Assembly (NCBI GenBank): GCA_965178125.1
Contig: OZ237737.1
Coordinates: 62,001 to 126,000 of the forward strand
Reading direction: 5' to 3'
Source of the DNA: Bilabrum cf. latius
Lineage: Eukaryota
DNA length: 64,000 nt
Shown: piece by piece, positions 11,701 through 23,600 of the stretch
Position numbering within the stretch: position 1 is the first letter of the stretch
How the letters are laid out: the number at the start of each line of letters is the position of its first letter
The notes under the pieces: generated by a model
The model's input: only the letters and a program-made list of their open reading frames with translations
What the model was told of the DNA's origin: nothing
Database searches by the model: none
Translations under genes and position numbers: made by a program

Positions 11701-14700
11701 ATGAATCATGGACAATCTCTCATCCGTCGCAGCCATTGTCTCCTCGGGTAGATGACCAATGGCTTGCTGCGAAGATGCTAGCAGCAGGCTAGCCGCCCCC
11801 GGAGCAAGCGCATGCGCCCTGAAAGTGTTGGGGAAGGGGGGAATCCAGTGGTTCGGGCTAGACTGAAAGGCCTCATCTTGACGGTAGCCTACGATGGCAC
11901 TCGGTACAGCGGGCTAGTTTTAAATGAAAACGTTGACAGTGAGGCACACGCTGCCACGACGGCCACCCACTGCTAGAATTCTGCAGCGGCAAGCACATAT
12001 AGCACGACCAAATCATGACCTCTACGGATCGCAGCTGTCAACGAAGTGGTCCTATCTGCCTGCCGCAAGGCCGGCCTGCTGCCGCGATCCCAAAGCGCCA
12101 AGACCGCGACGCATCGTGCCTACTACGCCAAGCAGACTTCTCGTACCGACAGGCTGGTGCATGCAATGCGAAACGTTATCATGATTCAGGCAAACTCGTT
12201 GCACGAAGAAGATGGGGGTACGTCGTTGCGGATGCGAGCTTTGGAGAGGAGGTTGCGCGAGCACTTGCCTCCGAGCGTGCAGCTGCTGTCCGCCATGCGC
12301 TCCCGCCCCAGCCTGTCCCCCTAGCGGGAGGCCGTGGAGCGCTCGTACGATTACTTCGTTCCGCTGGCCATGCTCATGCCGGACGCCCACAGGGCTGCCT
12401 CAGACCAGGCCGCCAGGATCGCGAGGGGGAGGGGCAGGGCAGGGTCACCAGACTCTAACCCGCAGTGGCCTGGGGCTGGCACCCAGCCAGGCACCGTCAT
12501 GCCTCCGCTGGGCAGCGGGCGCATTGGATATATCCCCACAGAGGAGGAAGCTGACGCAGTGAGGCGGTTTCAGCGCCTGCTGGGAGAGCTGGTCGGGGTG
12601 CAGGCCGTGCACAACTTCACCACGGGCAGGATCAGGGAGGCGGGCGTGACGTGCGAGGAGGAGCACGAGTAGGGGACGAAAGCCGCGGGAGGGGGGCTTG
12701 CAGGAAACGCTGCCGCCCCAAGTAGCTCACCCCCACCCGCGGCCATAGACGTAGACGTAGACCAGCCCGAGTACCCCGTTGTGCTGGACAAGGGCCATCC
12801 GCCCATTGCGGCGCTGGCGGATCGTGGTGACGGGGCACTGGCCATGCCGCTGGATGGGTTCCGCAAAGGGCGCCGCGCATGGAAGGTGGCAGCAGCAGTG
12901 CAGAGACGCATTGTGGAAGCAGCGGTGAGCGATCCGTTCTTGTTCCAAGTGGGTGGTGGCGGCGGGGATGCGGGCGCGGGGGCTGGCCTGGAGGCCCGAG
13001 CACCACAGGCGCCGGAGTGGAGGAACGAAGAGGACAGCCAGGGTGCCGGCAGGGGCGATGGCAGCGGCTAGGACCGTACCAGCGTGGGTCTGTTCAGCCC
13101 CGCCAGCGTGGTGCCCTCTGCCCCAGACACCGCCTCCCTCCCCCTGGTGAGGGTCTCGCTCACGGGGGCGGGCTTTTTGCTGCACCAGATCAGGCACACA
13201 ATCGGGCTGGCCCTGGCTGAGGTGCGTGGGGACAGCTACGAGGGCAGTTTTCTCGCTGCTCTGAGCCTGCCTCGGTTCCTGCCCCTGCCCCTAGGGGCCC
13301 CCACCACGCTGCTGCTCCGCTCGCCACATTTCGGGGCGGGCTCTCGGCTTGCCATCGACGAGGCGGGGCTGCACCCGGGGAGCGCCTCGGCGTCACCATC
13401 ATCACTATCGTCAGCAGTAGCAGCAGCAGCAGCAGGAAAAAACGGGAGGTCGCAACCAGGGGTGGACCCCGGCCTTGGCCCGGTGACTGCCTCGAGCAAC
13501 GGCAGGCAGCCAGGCGTGCTGGAGGCAGACGTGGCCGCGGGCACGTCGCTGTCCATGCCCAGGGCGCCAGAGCCGCCGGGAGAGGGAGCAGATGCGTGGG
13601 GCATGGAGGCGGGGAACAGTGGGGAGCGGGAGCTAGAGGGGCTGCCCGGCAAGGAAGCCTCCCGCCCCCGCAGGTGGGGTCCCGCCCCCCAGGCCCCCGG
13701 GCGGGGGGATCGCAGCGGAGAGATCCCCTGGGGCCAGCGGCAGCTGCTCCAGGACGGGGATCCGAGGGCATTTCGGCCCGTGGAGCAGGCCGTGCTGGTG
13801 GACAGGGAGAGCGAGGAGCTGGAACGAGCCTTCTTCGACGCCCAGCTTGTTCCCCGGCTTGTGTCTGCGACCAACTCGCTGCTGCTGTGGCCCCGCATGC
13901 AGCAGTTCTACAGGGCGCTTGCCTTGAGGCGGAGGGCCGTCGCAAGGGCCTTCGAGCTCAAGGAGGGGGTGCCCCTGATGCCGCACCGCCCAGTGAGACG
14001 CAGGGGCCGCCGGGAGGAGCTGGAGGCGGCTATCCTGGGCGCGCCCTACCTCCCCGCTGTACGGGCCCTGGACCAGGCATGCGGAGGGGGGCTCGGTGGA
14101 GGCGGTGTAGGGGGGGAGGGGGCCACAGCGGTGTTCGGCCGGGGCAGTCGCTCGCGGTAGAGGCACGATGCATCGCACGGCAGTGCGGCAAGGAGGAGCG
14201 CAATCGATCCTGCGAGCTCTCCAGCAGGTGCAGGTGCAGCGAGAGACGAAGGCCCCCCGCCGGCGCCCTGGCTATGGGTGCCTCGCGCCAGCTCCCCGGA
14301 CGGACGCGTGCCCGATTTGTACTCGCCCCTCTCGCGGGACGAGGACGAGGTGCTGAGAGCCACGGGGGCGGGCACGCTGTTCGCCGCCTGGCGCTCCAAG
14401 GCGCATGAGAACTGGGCTGGTGTGGCGGGCATGCTGGCTGCCCAGCCGCTTCGGGAGGAGGAGGTGGAGGCATTGAGACGGAGGGAGGCGCTCTGGTGGC
14501 GGGCCGAGAGGGGGCAGCTGGAGGCGGGCGAGCGGAGGCAGCTGGCCCGGCGGGTGTCCAATCTGCGGGCGGCCCTGGGGGAGGGATTCGTGCAGGGGGT
14601 GCTGCTTCCAGCAGCGGCTGGGGCCGCGCGAGAAGCGTTGGTAGCGAGCGACGGCGGTGCGCAGGGTGGCTCGAATGGCGCTATGGGTGCTCTGGAGAGC

Positions 14701-15507
14701 TTGGGCGAGGCATCCTGGGGGCCTGCCTTGGCCTTGCCGGATGCCTCCAGGAGGGAGCCGGAGTGGCAGTCCCTGGCGCGGATGAGCTGGGACAGGCCAC
14801 CAAGTGTGACGAGTGCGATGGGGCTCTAGGTAGAGGAGGAGGGTGAAGATGCATTCCGATGGGAGGAGGCAGACGGTCTCTCCTCTGCCTCGATCCCATC
14901 GGCGGGGGCCTGGGCAGAGGCTCGCCTGCATCCCGCTGCGGAAGCATCCACCTGCCTGCCTGCCTCGTTTGCGTAGGAACTCGCGGCGAGTGACCGGCCC
15001 TTCGCCATCCAAGGCGAGCAAGATGACAGAGATAGAGATAGGGCCAGGGGCAGCGACAGGTCGCCCCGGCTGCAGAGCGTCACCATGCTGGTGCGGGCAC
15101 TGCCCACCCGGCTCCCCCTTGCGCTGAGAGCCGCCTTTCCCTCCCATCGGCTTGAGGCCCGGGACCTGCAGCAGGGGGTCGCTCTCCGCATGCTACAGGG
15201 GGCGGTGCCTCTGCTGTGCAGCACGGAGACGGCCGTGCGGAGGGTGCAATGGGAGGGGCCCGAGCATGTGGCCGCTGCAGGGAGGTGGCTGTCCTTCGTG
15301 CTGGGGGCCGAGAAGGAGAGGCACAAGAGGGAGTCCAGGGCGGAGAGGAGCGCGGACATGGTCTAGAGGGCACAGCGGGCGGTGGACAAGAGGAGGGGTC
15401 GCGGCAGGGGCAGTAGATAGAAGGCAACGAGCGCGGGGAAGTAGACACGCGGGAGAGACGAAGAGGAGCAGGAGGATGCGGCAGAGGACGGGTTGGGGAG
15501 GCGGTGA
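11701..15507 (+). CDS. tRNA pseudouridine synthase, TruA/PUS1 family, with a long C-terminal extension. Exons 11701-11938 and 12035-15507
   Basis: VAYDGTRYSG, SRTDRLVHA (catalytic Asp), RSYDYFVP, VHNFT and GAGFLLHQIRHTIG. Eleven in-frame TAGs (11749, 11779, 12322, 12670, 13069, 14158, 14827, 14974, 15364, 15418, 15442); first TGA at 15505. Confidence 0.8.
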
Positions 15508-15610
15508 CAATGCTGGACCACGAGTAGACAATAGCATCATACATACAAGCATCTAGCAAATAACCCTCCCTCTACACCCCTTCACCGTTGCAGACCCAGG
15601 CGCCCGCCAA

Positions 15611-15694
15611 CCATGGTTTCACACTAGCACGAACTGCGCCTGGACCTCGACCCCATGGTTTCACACTTGCACGAACTGCGCCTGGACCTCGACC
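15611..15694. repeat. 42-bp direct tandem duplication with one mismatch
   Basis: ccatggtttcacact(a/t)gcacgaactgcgcctggacctcgacc at 15611-15652 and 15653-15694. Confidence 0.92.
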
Positions 15695-17486
15695 CCGGGC
15701 ACGTGCACGGCATCCGGGGACCTGCGCATGAGGTACTTGCATGCGGACGTGAGGCCCACGGGGGAGGAGGCCAGCAGGGAGGCGGCAGACTGGGCCGCTT
15801 GCCCGTTCTCCAGCCCCAGGGTGAGGTGCACCCGCGTGGTGTTGGCCCTGCCGGGTGCAGGCTATGGGCCCGCGATGAGCTGGCACGCGTCAAGCGGCGC
15901 GCCTGCGTACCTGGTCGTCTCCACGCAGATGCGGCCGGCGAAGCTCGCAAGCTCGGTGTTGTTCTTCGGCAGGTAGTCCGCCCGCGCGTTGAAGAAGTCA
16001 ACGGCCAGAATGACCTTTGCCTCGGGGTCGCTGGCCCCGCACCGCGCTGGAAACTGGAAGGCAGGCAGGCTGCTACCGAACCCGCACGACGAAGCGATCC
16101 TCTCCTTGTACAGGTCCGTGGGCGGGCGCACCTTTGTGATGAGGGGCTGCGAGGCGGCCTGGTAGAATGCGTCGAAGAGCACCTCATCGCTGCAGCACCC
16201 CATCTGAGACAGGTACTGCTGGATCACCGTGCCGCACTGGGGGGAACACGTGGGCTCGCTGCCGGAGAATACGTTCAACACGGTGGACCTGCCCCCCGCA
16301 TCGCTGGCGCAGAACTTGGTGATGTTCGCAGCGACGCCCCCGAACCCGGACACCAGCCCGCACAGCGAGGCATCGTCGCCAGCGTCCTTGAGTCCGCAGC
16401 CATACGTGGCTATGCCCACCGCCAGCGGGTCCGTGTCCGGGATGTCACCGAACAGCTATCGCGCGCACGGGGTGCACAGCCTGCGCACCGCGTCGGCAGC
16501 AGGCACGCCGGGCCCATCGTCGTCTGCGAACACGCTGCTCGCATTGCGGGCCAGCTGGGGCAGGCACAGCGACGAGGACGATGAAGCAGAGGTGCGCGCG
16601 CAGAAGGTCTCTGCTCCTCGAATGGACGGCTAGATGATGCGGAGGGGGTTGATACCGATATCGTCGTCCTCATAGGACGGCACGTTGTCGTCGTCGTACG
16701 CGTAGCCGTCGTCGTCGGTGCCCCACGGCAGCTGGCCGGGCAGCAGCGCGTCCATGAGACCGTACACGGCCTGCTGAGCATCGGATAGCTTGGTGACGCA
16801 CGACGACGCCGGGTCCATGAGCTTGGACCCGCACATGGCTTCGGTCGTGGTGGCGATGGCCTCACGGTGGGCAGGTCCGGTTTCGTTCAGCAGAGCCCCA
16901 ATCGCATTGACTTCGTCGTAGCAGTAACCACCGTCCTCAGCCTGTTGACATCCCACCGCTACAAATGAGATTCCCTGCAAAAGGTGCGCACACACTCCGC
17001 CCTCCTCCCCAGAAGCGCCCAGCGACTCAGCTATCGCAACCAGGTCAGCTGCGCACTTTGTTGGGCAAAGGATGCTCGGATGAATTCCTCCTTCCTTAAA
17101 ATAGGATTCGCATTCCTCGTTTACGCTAAGTAGCTGCTTGCAGCAGCCGGCACTTGGGTGCTGCAAGCAGAAACTGGCTGGATCTGCAGCAACAGTCCGC
17201 GCACTTTCCCGCAATATAGCGCTTGGAAGCGCCGGCATAGTCGTTGGTTCATCGCGATGTTCTCCCAAGCCCATCGAATTCATAATTCTAGAGGTCTGCG
17301 CTGACAAAGATTCGGTTTTTGCTGCCCTAGGGTACGGGTAGTACTGGATTGCAGGCTGCACGCAGGCAGTGTGAAGGGTTCAACGGCACTCACAAGCGCT
17401 CGAAGGGAGGACACTGTTTCCTCGAGCCGATGCATGGGGCTACCATGAGCCAAAGATGCAGCTAATACCAGAAGTACTGCCCGCAT
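15661..17486 (-). CDS. Secreted cysteine-rich hypothetical protein. Exons 17486-17394 and 17355-15661
   Basis: Signal peptide MRAVLLVLAASLAHG and many spaced Cys residues. A 38-nt GTGAG..GCAG intron (17356-17393) joins the frames; TAGs at 16630, 16456 and 15862; ends TGA. Confidence 0.7.
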
Positions 17487-17646
17487 GATCGGAAAGGCGG
17501 CGTGTTGTGGGCAGCGAGGGTGTCGTGGGCGCTAAAGGCGAGTCTGATCAGTGCATTGCAGTGGCCGCGAGTGACAAGCATGCTAGCTAAACTGGAAGAT
17601 AGTTTGAAACGTGCGCAGATCTAACATTAATACACTTGTGCCCAGC

Positions 17647-20600
17647 TCACGCCGCGTCGAGGTGCAGGAAGGAGAACATCCTCCTGGTGAGCTCCTCGTC
17701 CGCCTCCCGGTCGGGCAGGTGCAGCAGCAGCCGGGACCGCAGGCAGGCCACATCCCGGGGCACAGAGGCACCAGGGAGGCCCAGAGCCATGCTGGATTGC
17801 TGCAGCGCCAGCAACCGCCCCGCCCTGCGCCGCAGCGCAGTGAACGCGTCCCCCACGAGGCCCAGCAGCTGCGCCGTCCTCGGCCTCAGCCGGGGCCCGC
17901 TCCCGCTCCCCGCCACCCGGCCCGAGGGCTGTCCCAGCACCTGCAGGAGGTCGGCCGTCATGGCCCTGGAGGCGAAGCGCGCGGGAGGGGGCGTGTACTG
18001 CCCCATGGTGCCTCCGTCAGGAGACTCCCCCCCGTCCTCGTCCACGTGCAGCGCGGGGTCAGGCCCAGCCCCCCTGAACCCCAGTGAGGCCATGGACACG
18101 GTCCCAGAGGGAGACAGCAGCAGCTCGCTGGGCCTGCGCTCGCCCAGCGCCAGCACGTACGAGACCACCACGGCCCCGGCCAGGCACCGCATGAAGTTGC
18201 TCAGCACCTCTGCATAGGCGCTCTCCTGCGTGGCTGACCCAGACCCAGCCTCCTCGTCCTCCTCCTCGTCGCCATCCTCGTCCCACACGTCCACCTCGCC
18301 CTGCGCACCACCCCCCTTGCCTTTGCTTCTCCCTTTGCCTGCCCTTGCCCGGCCCCTCGCCCTGCCCCTGCTCTGCGCCAACCTAGCCTGCGACAGCCGG
18401 GCGAAGAGCTGTGCCATCAGCCACCGCTCCAGCCCATTGTTCCCGTACCCCGCCCCGGGACCGCTGCCACGCTCCCCCACGAGGCTGCCAGACGCCCCGC
18501 CCCGACCGACGGAGCCATCCACAGACGGATCCACGGAACCGGGGGCAGCCGCCCTGCCTCCCGCCGCCCCCTCACCTATGCCGCCCTACTCATCCTCGTC
18601 CTCCTCCTCGTCGTCATCCCGCACGCCCAGCACCTCCCTGACCGACCTCGCCTCCAGGGGAGCCAGCGTAAAGAGGGCAGATCGCCCGGGGCAGGCGGCT
18701 CCCTGCAGCTCGCCCTCGGGGCACCCTCGGCTCGAGGGATGTCCCAGCCGGGCCCCCAGCATGCCCCCACTCGCCGCCATGGCCATCGCTGCAGCGGGGC
18801 CCGCCAGCGCGTCATGTCTCCGCCCCGATGCCGCCGGCGAGGAACAGGAACTCCTCCACCCGTAGGCCAAGGCCCCGCTGAAGCTGGGCAGGGCAGCATC
18901 TCCCACCGGCAGCCCTGCCTCCCTCCAGCACTCCGCCATGCAGTTGGACAGCTGCGCGTGCAGCCGCCCCACCATGACCCGCGCGTCCGTCCCCGTCTCC
19001 ACGATGACGTCACAGCGGCCCCGCACGAACCGCAGCGGGCGAGGAACGTGCGTGGCCAACAGCACGGACCCGTCCGCCCTCCGGCCCCCCTTGCGCGTGG
19101 ACCTGCACAGCCCCGAGGGCCTCAGCCCCGCGCTCCTGGCCAGCCTGCCCTCCTCCTCAATCTGCTCCGAGTCGGGGTCATCCACCGCCTCGAAGGACAC
19201 GAGGCTCAGAGACACGCCCCTGGAGCTGGAGGCGTACACCACCCGGCTGTCCTCCAGCCGCGGCCTAGACACGCACAGGCCGGCGGACGGCAGCCCGATC
19301 GCAGGGAAGGCCCTCTTGTTCCTCAGCGGTTCGCACCCCGGTGTGGGCGCCTTGGGACCCAGTGTGAGACCGGCTCCCACGCGCACGCGCCCCTCCTGCG
19401 CCTCCTGGATCCTGGCCTCGTCATGGGGCAGCGGGTCTCCGGTAGCACCCAGGGGGGCGAGGGCGAGCTGCAGCCGCTCTCGCAGCTCGTCTGCGTCACC
19501 AGCTCCTTCCTCTTCGTCTTCCTCTTCGTCCTCATCATCCACGTCGTCGTCGTCGTCATCCTCCTCCACATCGCTGTCGACCTCGATCTCGTCGCTGTCC
19601 TCACTGAAGCGCTGCTTGCCCTTGCCCTTGCCCTTGCCCGTGCTCTCCTTCCCCCTCTCCCCTGCCTCCCCAGCCACCAGTCCCGCCGCGGCGCTGGCAG
19701 CTCGAAGCAGCGCAGTGGGTGAGCTGGCCTGCACGTCTGCTGCCAGGCTGTCGCCCACATCCTGGCTCGCGCTCGTCTCCCGCTGCCTGCGGGCCTCCTA
19801 GCGGCGCCGCGCACGCTCCGCCAAGCGGAACCAGGCCGCGGGCACCACGGGCGGGCACGGCAGCAGCGGCAGCCGCAGCGCGTACGGCAGCACGCATCCC
19901 GCCAGCCTCCTCCTCAGCCCCGGGGCCCTCTCCGACCTGGGCTCGCCCACGCTGGCAGCGCACGCCTCGGCCACCTGCGCCGCGCCGAAGCTCGCCACGC
20001 CCATCTCGGGGCCGAGCGAGGGCGGGGCCGCGTCCAGCACCGCCCGCATGAGCGCAGCGGCCCGTGGAGCCAGCCCAGGCGCGTGCAGCATCGGCCGGAG
20101 CGACCAAAGCAGCACTCTGCCCGCCCTGTGCGGGTCACCGGCCGCGAGCCTCGCCATCCACCGCACGAGGGGCCCGTCCCCATCGGCCTCGAAGGCGAGC
20201 AGACAGGCTGCAGACTGCAGCACCTCCAGCTGTGCGTCGTGGGAGCACTCGCCCAGGGACAGGGCCGCTGCGAACCTGGCCGCTGGGTCCGACACTGCGC
20301 CCCCCAGCAGCTGTAGGGCAACCGTCCTCGGCAGGGGGAAGTGCCTCCAAGCCAGCAGCCGCTATTCCCTGGCGAGAGCGGCGGCGGCCGCCGGGGAAGA
20401 AGAATCCCAGGCTACCGCCCCGGGGGCCGCTCGCAGCAGAAGCGGGAGTGCACCTGGGAATCGCTGCAGGGCCTGTCGCTCGGCCCACAGCAGCTTCCGC
20501 AGCACCGGAGTCAGCCGCCTGGGCCACCACGCGTCTGCCACCAGCGCGGGCTGCCGGCCGCTCGCCCCCGAGACAGACCCGATCCCCACACCGCCCCGGC

Positions 20601-23600
20601 CAGCCAGCAGGCCAATGCCTCCCGCTCCGCCCCCCTGGCTCCCGGCTCCCGCTCCCGCCCGCGCCATCACGCGGTGCACCAGCAGAGCGTCCAGCCTGGA
20701 GGCCATCCGCTGGGCCTCGCTCCTCTCCCGCGCCGCCACGTCGGCACCGTACAGGGGCCTACGCTCCAGCAGCAGGGTGGGTGACGAGCCCTGCTCTTCG
20801 TTGTCGGCCGCGCCAGCCCAGGCCAGGAGGCTGCTCGCGCCGGGGCCAGAGGGGGCCAATGCCGGGGGCGGGCCGCTCACCGGGTGCCGCAGCCCAGCGG
20901 CCCGCTGCAGCGAGGACCAGTCGCCTGCCGCGTGCGCTGCCGAGACTGAGACCACAGGCACCGCCGGTGGCAGCGGCACCACGGTGCGGCCCCCTCCCTC
21001 TGCGGCGCCCATCAGCGCGCCGGGCCTGCCCCTTGGGTGCAATGCACTGCCATGATCCTCCCCGCGCAGCAGGCACAGCTCCACCTCCAGCACACCGGCC
21101 CCGCCCCCGCCCGGTGGCCCGTCCTGCGCCACCCCGGCTGGCATTGGCACGGGCCAGCGGCCTCTGGCCAGAGGCAGCAGCTGCCTCCCGAGCACCAGCT
21201 CGCCCTCGCGTCCGAAGAGAGGTACCACCGCCCATGCCAGAGGCGTGTCCGCACCGTGCTCGTGCACCGCCACCGCCACGCGGGCCCCCAGCGGGGCCGC
21301 AGCGGCGGGCACCCGGAGAGGCACAGCCGAGTCCGCGTCCATCCCGCCCCACTGCGCCACGCACAGAGAGCCCGTGCTGCTGGCGTACACTGCGGGGGAG
21401 CCGTCGGACAGCCGGGGCTCCGCAGTCCCCAGCTGCCCCGTACACGACCCGCGCACCGCTCGAGCGGGGGGCGAGTAGCCGTCGGGCGCAATGACGTCAC
21501 TGCCCTGCACGACAGACGCCCTGACGTACACGTAGGCAGCCCTCGCAGGGTCTGTCGGGTTCCGTGGCGCAAAGGCGGATGCATCCTGCAGCGCCCCCGG
21601 CCCGTGCACGGAAGAGAAACCCCCCAGGCCCTGCGTCTGCCCCGGGGCCGCTGTGGCCGGCCTGGCCCCACCCCCCGCGGCGAGGGGCAGGTCGAGAGCG
21701 ACGGACCGGACCCGGAGGGCGAGCCTGCCCTGGAGGCGGTGCTGGGGGCGGCAGCAGGCGAGTCCTGCGAGCACGGGGCGGTGACCCGTCTGGCGCAAGG
21801 CCTGCGTGCTGCCTCCCGACTGGGGCTGCTCCTCTGGTTGCTCTTCTACCTCTCCCGCGGCCACTAGCTGCAGCAGTGACTGCGACAGGACAGCCCCCAC
21901 CTGCCGGGCCGCTACCAGCAGCATCTCCTCCTCCTCTGGAGAGAACTCACCGTCCTTGGAGGGTGACTCGGACCACCCCCGCCCGTTCACCACGAGCACA
22001 GCGCCGAGCACAGCGGCCGATTTGGTCCCCAGCTCGACGCCACCTGGCCCTCCCTCCCCCCGGAGGTCACCCGCCCCCGCGCCCCCATCGTCGGGGACAT
22101 CCTCGTGCGACCCAAGGGCATCAGCGAGGGCGTCGTCTGTGCCTGCGTCCGCCCGCGCGTGCAGGTGTGCGGGCAGCCGGACCCACACGGGCACAGCCGC
22201 CACGCACCCGCCAGACGTCACCTCTGGCCAGCAATCCTGCCCCGCCAGCCGAGCCGCCTGTTCTCTGCCCTCTCTGCTCATGCCCCAGTCCTCCCCTATG
22301 CTGTCCCAAGCGCCGTCCACATCGCCCTCACCACTGGAATTGGCACCTCCGCTCCCCTTGCCCTCGCCCTCGCCCTCGCCCTCGCCCTCGCCCTCGCCCT
22401 CGCCCTGCCCCTCCCGAGTCGACCGCTTGACACGCTGAAGCATCACTGCATCCCCGGTGGTCGCAACCTTCCGCACCACCCCGGAGAGCCGGTGCGCCAC
22501 TCCCCAGCCGAGTCCACCGGTGGACCCCAAGTCAGCCGCACCCTGCCCCTGCCCCTGCCGCACACCCGCCGCAGACCCCAGCCCCCTCGCCCGCGCCCAC
22601 CTTCCATCCCTCAGCCCAGGCTCCCCAGCGTCCTCGTCCTCCTCCACGGCCAGAACGGAGCCGGGGGCGCTGCAGGACCTGGCAGCGAGCACAGGCCCGC
22701 AGCTCACGCGCCTCACCGCCAGAGGGACATCGTCACTGTCATTGGAGGCAGCAGGACCCTGGGGCGCGTGCACCAGCCCAGTGCCCGGCCGAAACCGCCC
22801 CCTCATCTCCATCAGGGACACCGTTCTGCTGCCCATGTGCCGCCCCAGCGCCCGCACCAGCGGCACCAGAGACTCCAGAAGAGGCACGCCAGGTGGGGCC
22901 GCGGCAGGGGCTAGCGCCTCAAGCAAGGGGGCGTGTCTCCGGAGCCTCTCCCCCGCAGCGCCCTCCAGCCCGCCCGTGCCCGTGCCAGTCCCAGCTGCCG
23001 CACCAGTAGCGCCAGCGCTGGCACCTCCCGCGCTTCCTCCCGATTTCCCCTTGTCTTTCTCCTGCGCCCGCACTGCGTCAAGAGCCGCTCCGGAACTGGC
23101 GGCATACCTCAACCCCGCCACGTGCTGCACGTGTTCCCTGAGGCCAGCCGCCGCAGGGGACGTCTGCAGCCTGGTGCGAAGCGCAGGTCTCTGCGGAGAC
23201 CAGTCGCTGGCCAGCAGGGCGGCGAGGTCCCTGTCCTCCCACGCATTCAGAAGGGCGCCTTCGCTCATGAGCAGCCGCCGGAGCAGGCGGTGGCCCAGCA
23301 GCAGAGCGTGCAGAGGCAGAGTGCCGCGGGCCCCCTGCAGTCTGGCCCCTGCAGCATGCGCGACTTCGGGCCACCCCTTGCCGCCGTGTCCCTCCAGCAC
23401 CCCCATGCCCACCGCACTCGCCACACCTCCCTTCTCCTCCGCCTCGGCCCGCGCCTCGTCCCGCATGCCGCCCTGCGCCACCCACCCGGCCGGGTCCCTG
23501 TGCCCCGGCGCGCTCCTCCACAGCAGCCCGTCCTGCCCGAACGCGTCCCCGGCACGCAACCGGATGCCCGCACGCAGCTCGTCGAGAGCCGCTTCAGCAG

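Noticed and set aside
15611-15694. CRISPR-like repeat
   Set aside because: There are only two adjacent copies, with no spacers or cas genes, in a eukaryotic context.
22358-22410. (CCCTCG)n and similar short arrays at about 10725-10783 and 54259-54322
   Set aside because: These are coding low-complexity tracts (GE, ED and GS runs), not independent elements or telomeric repeats.
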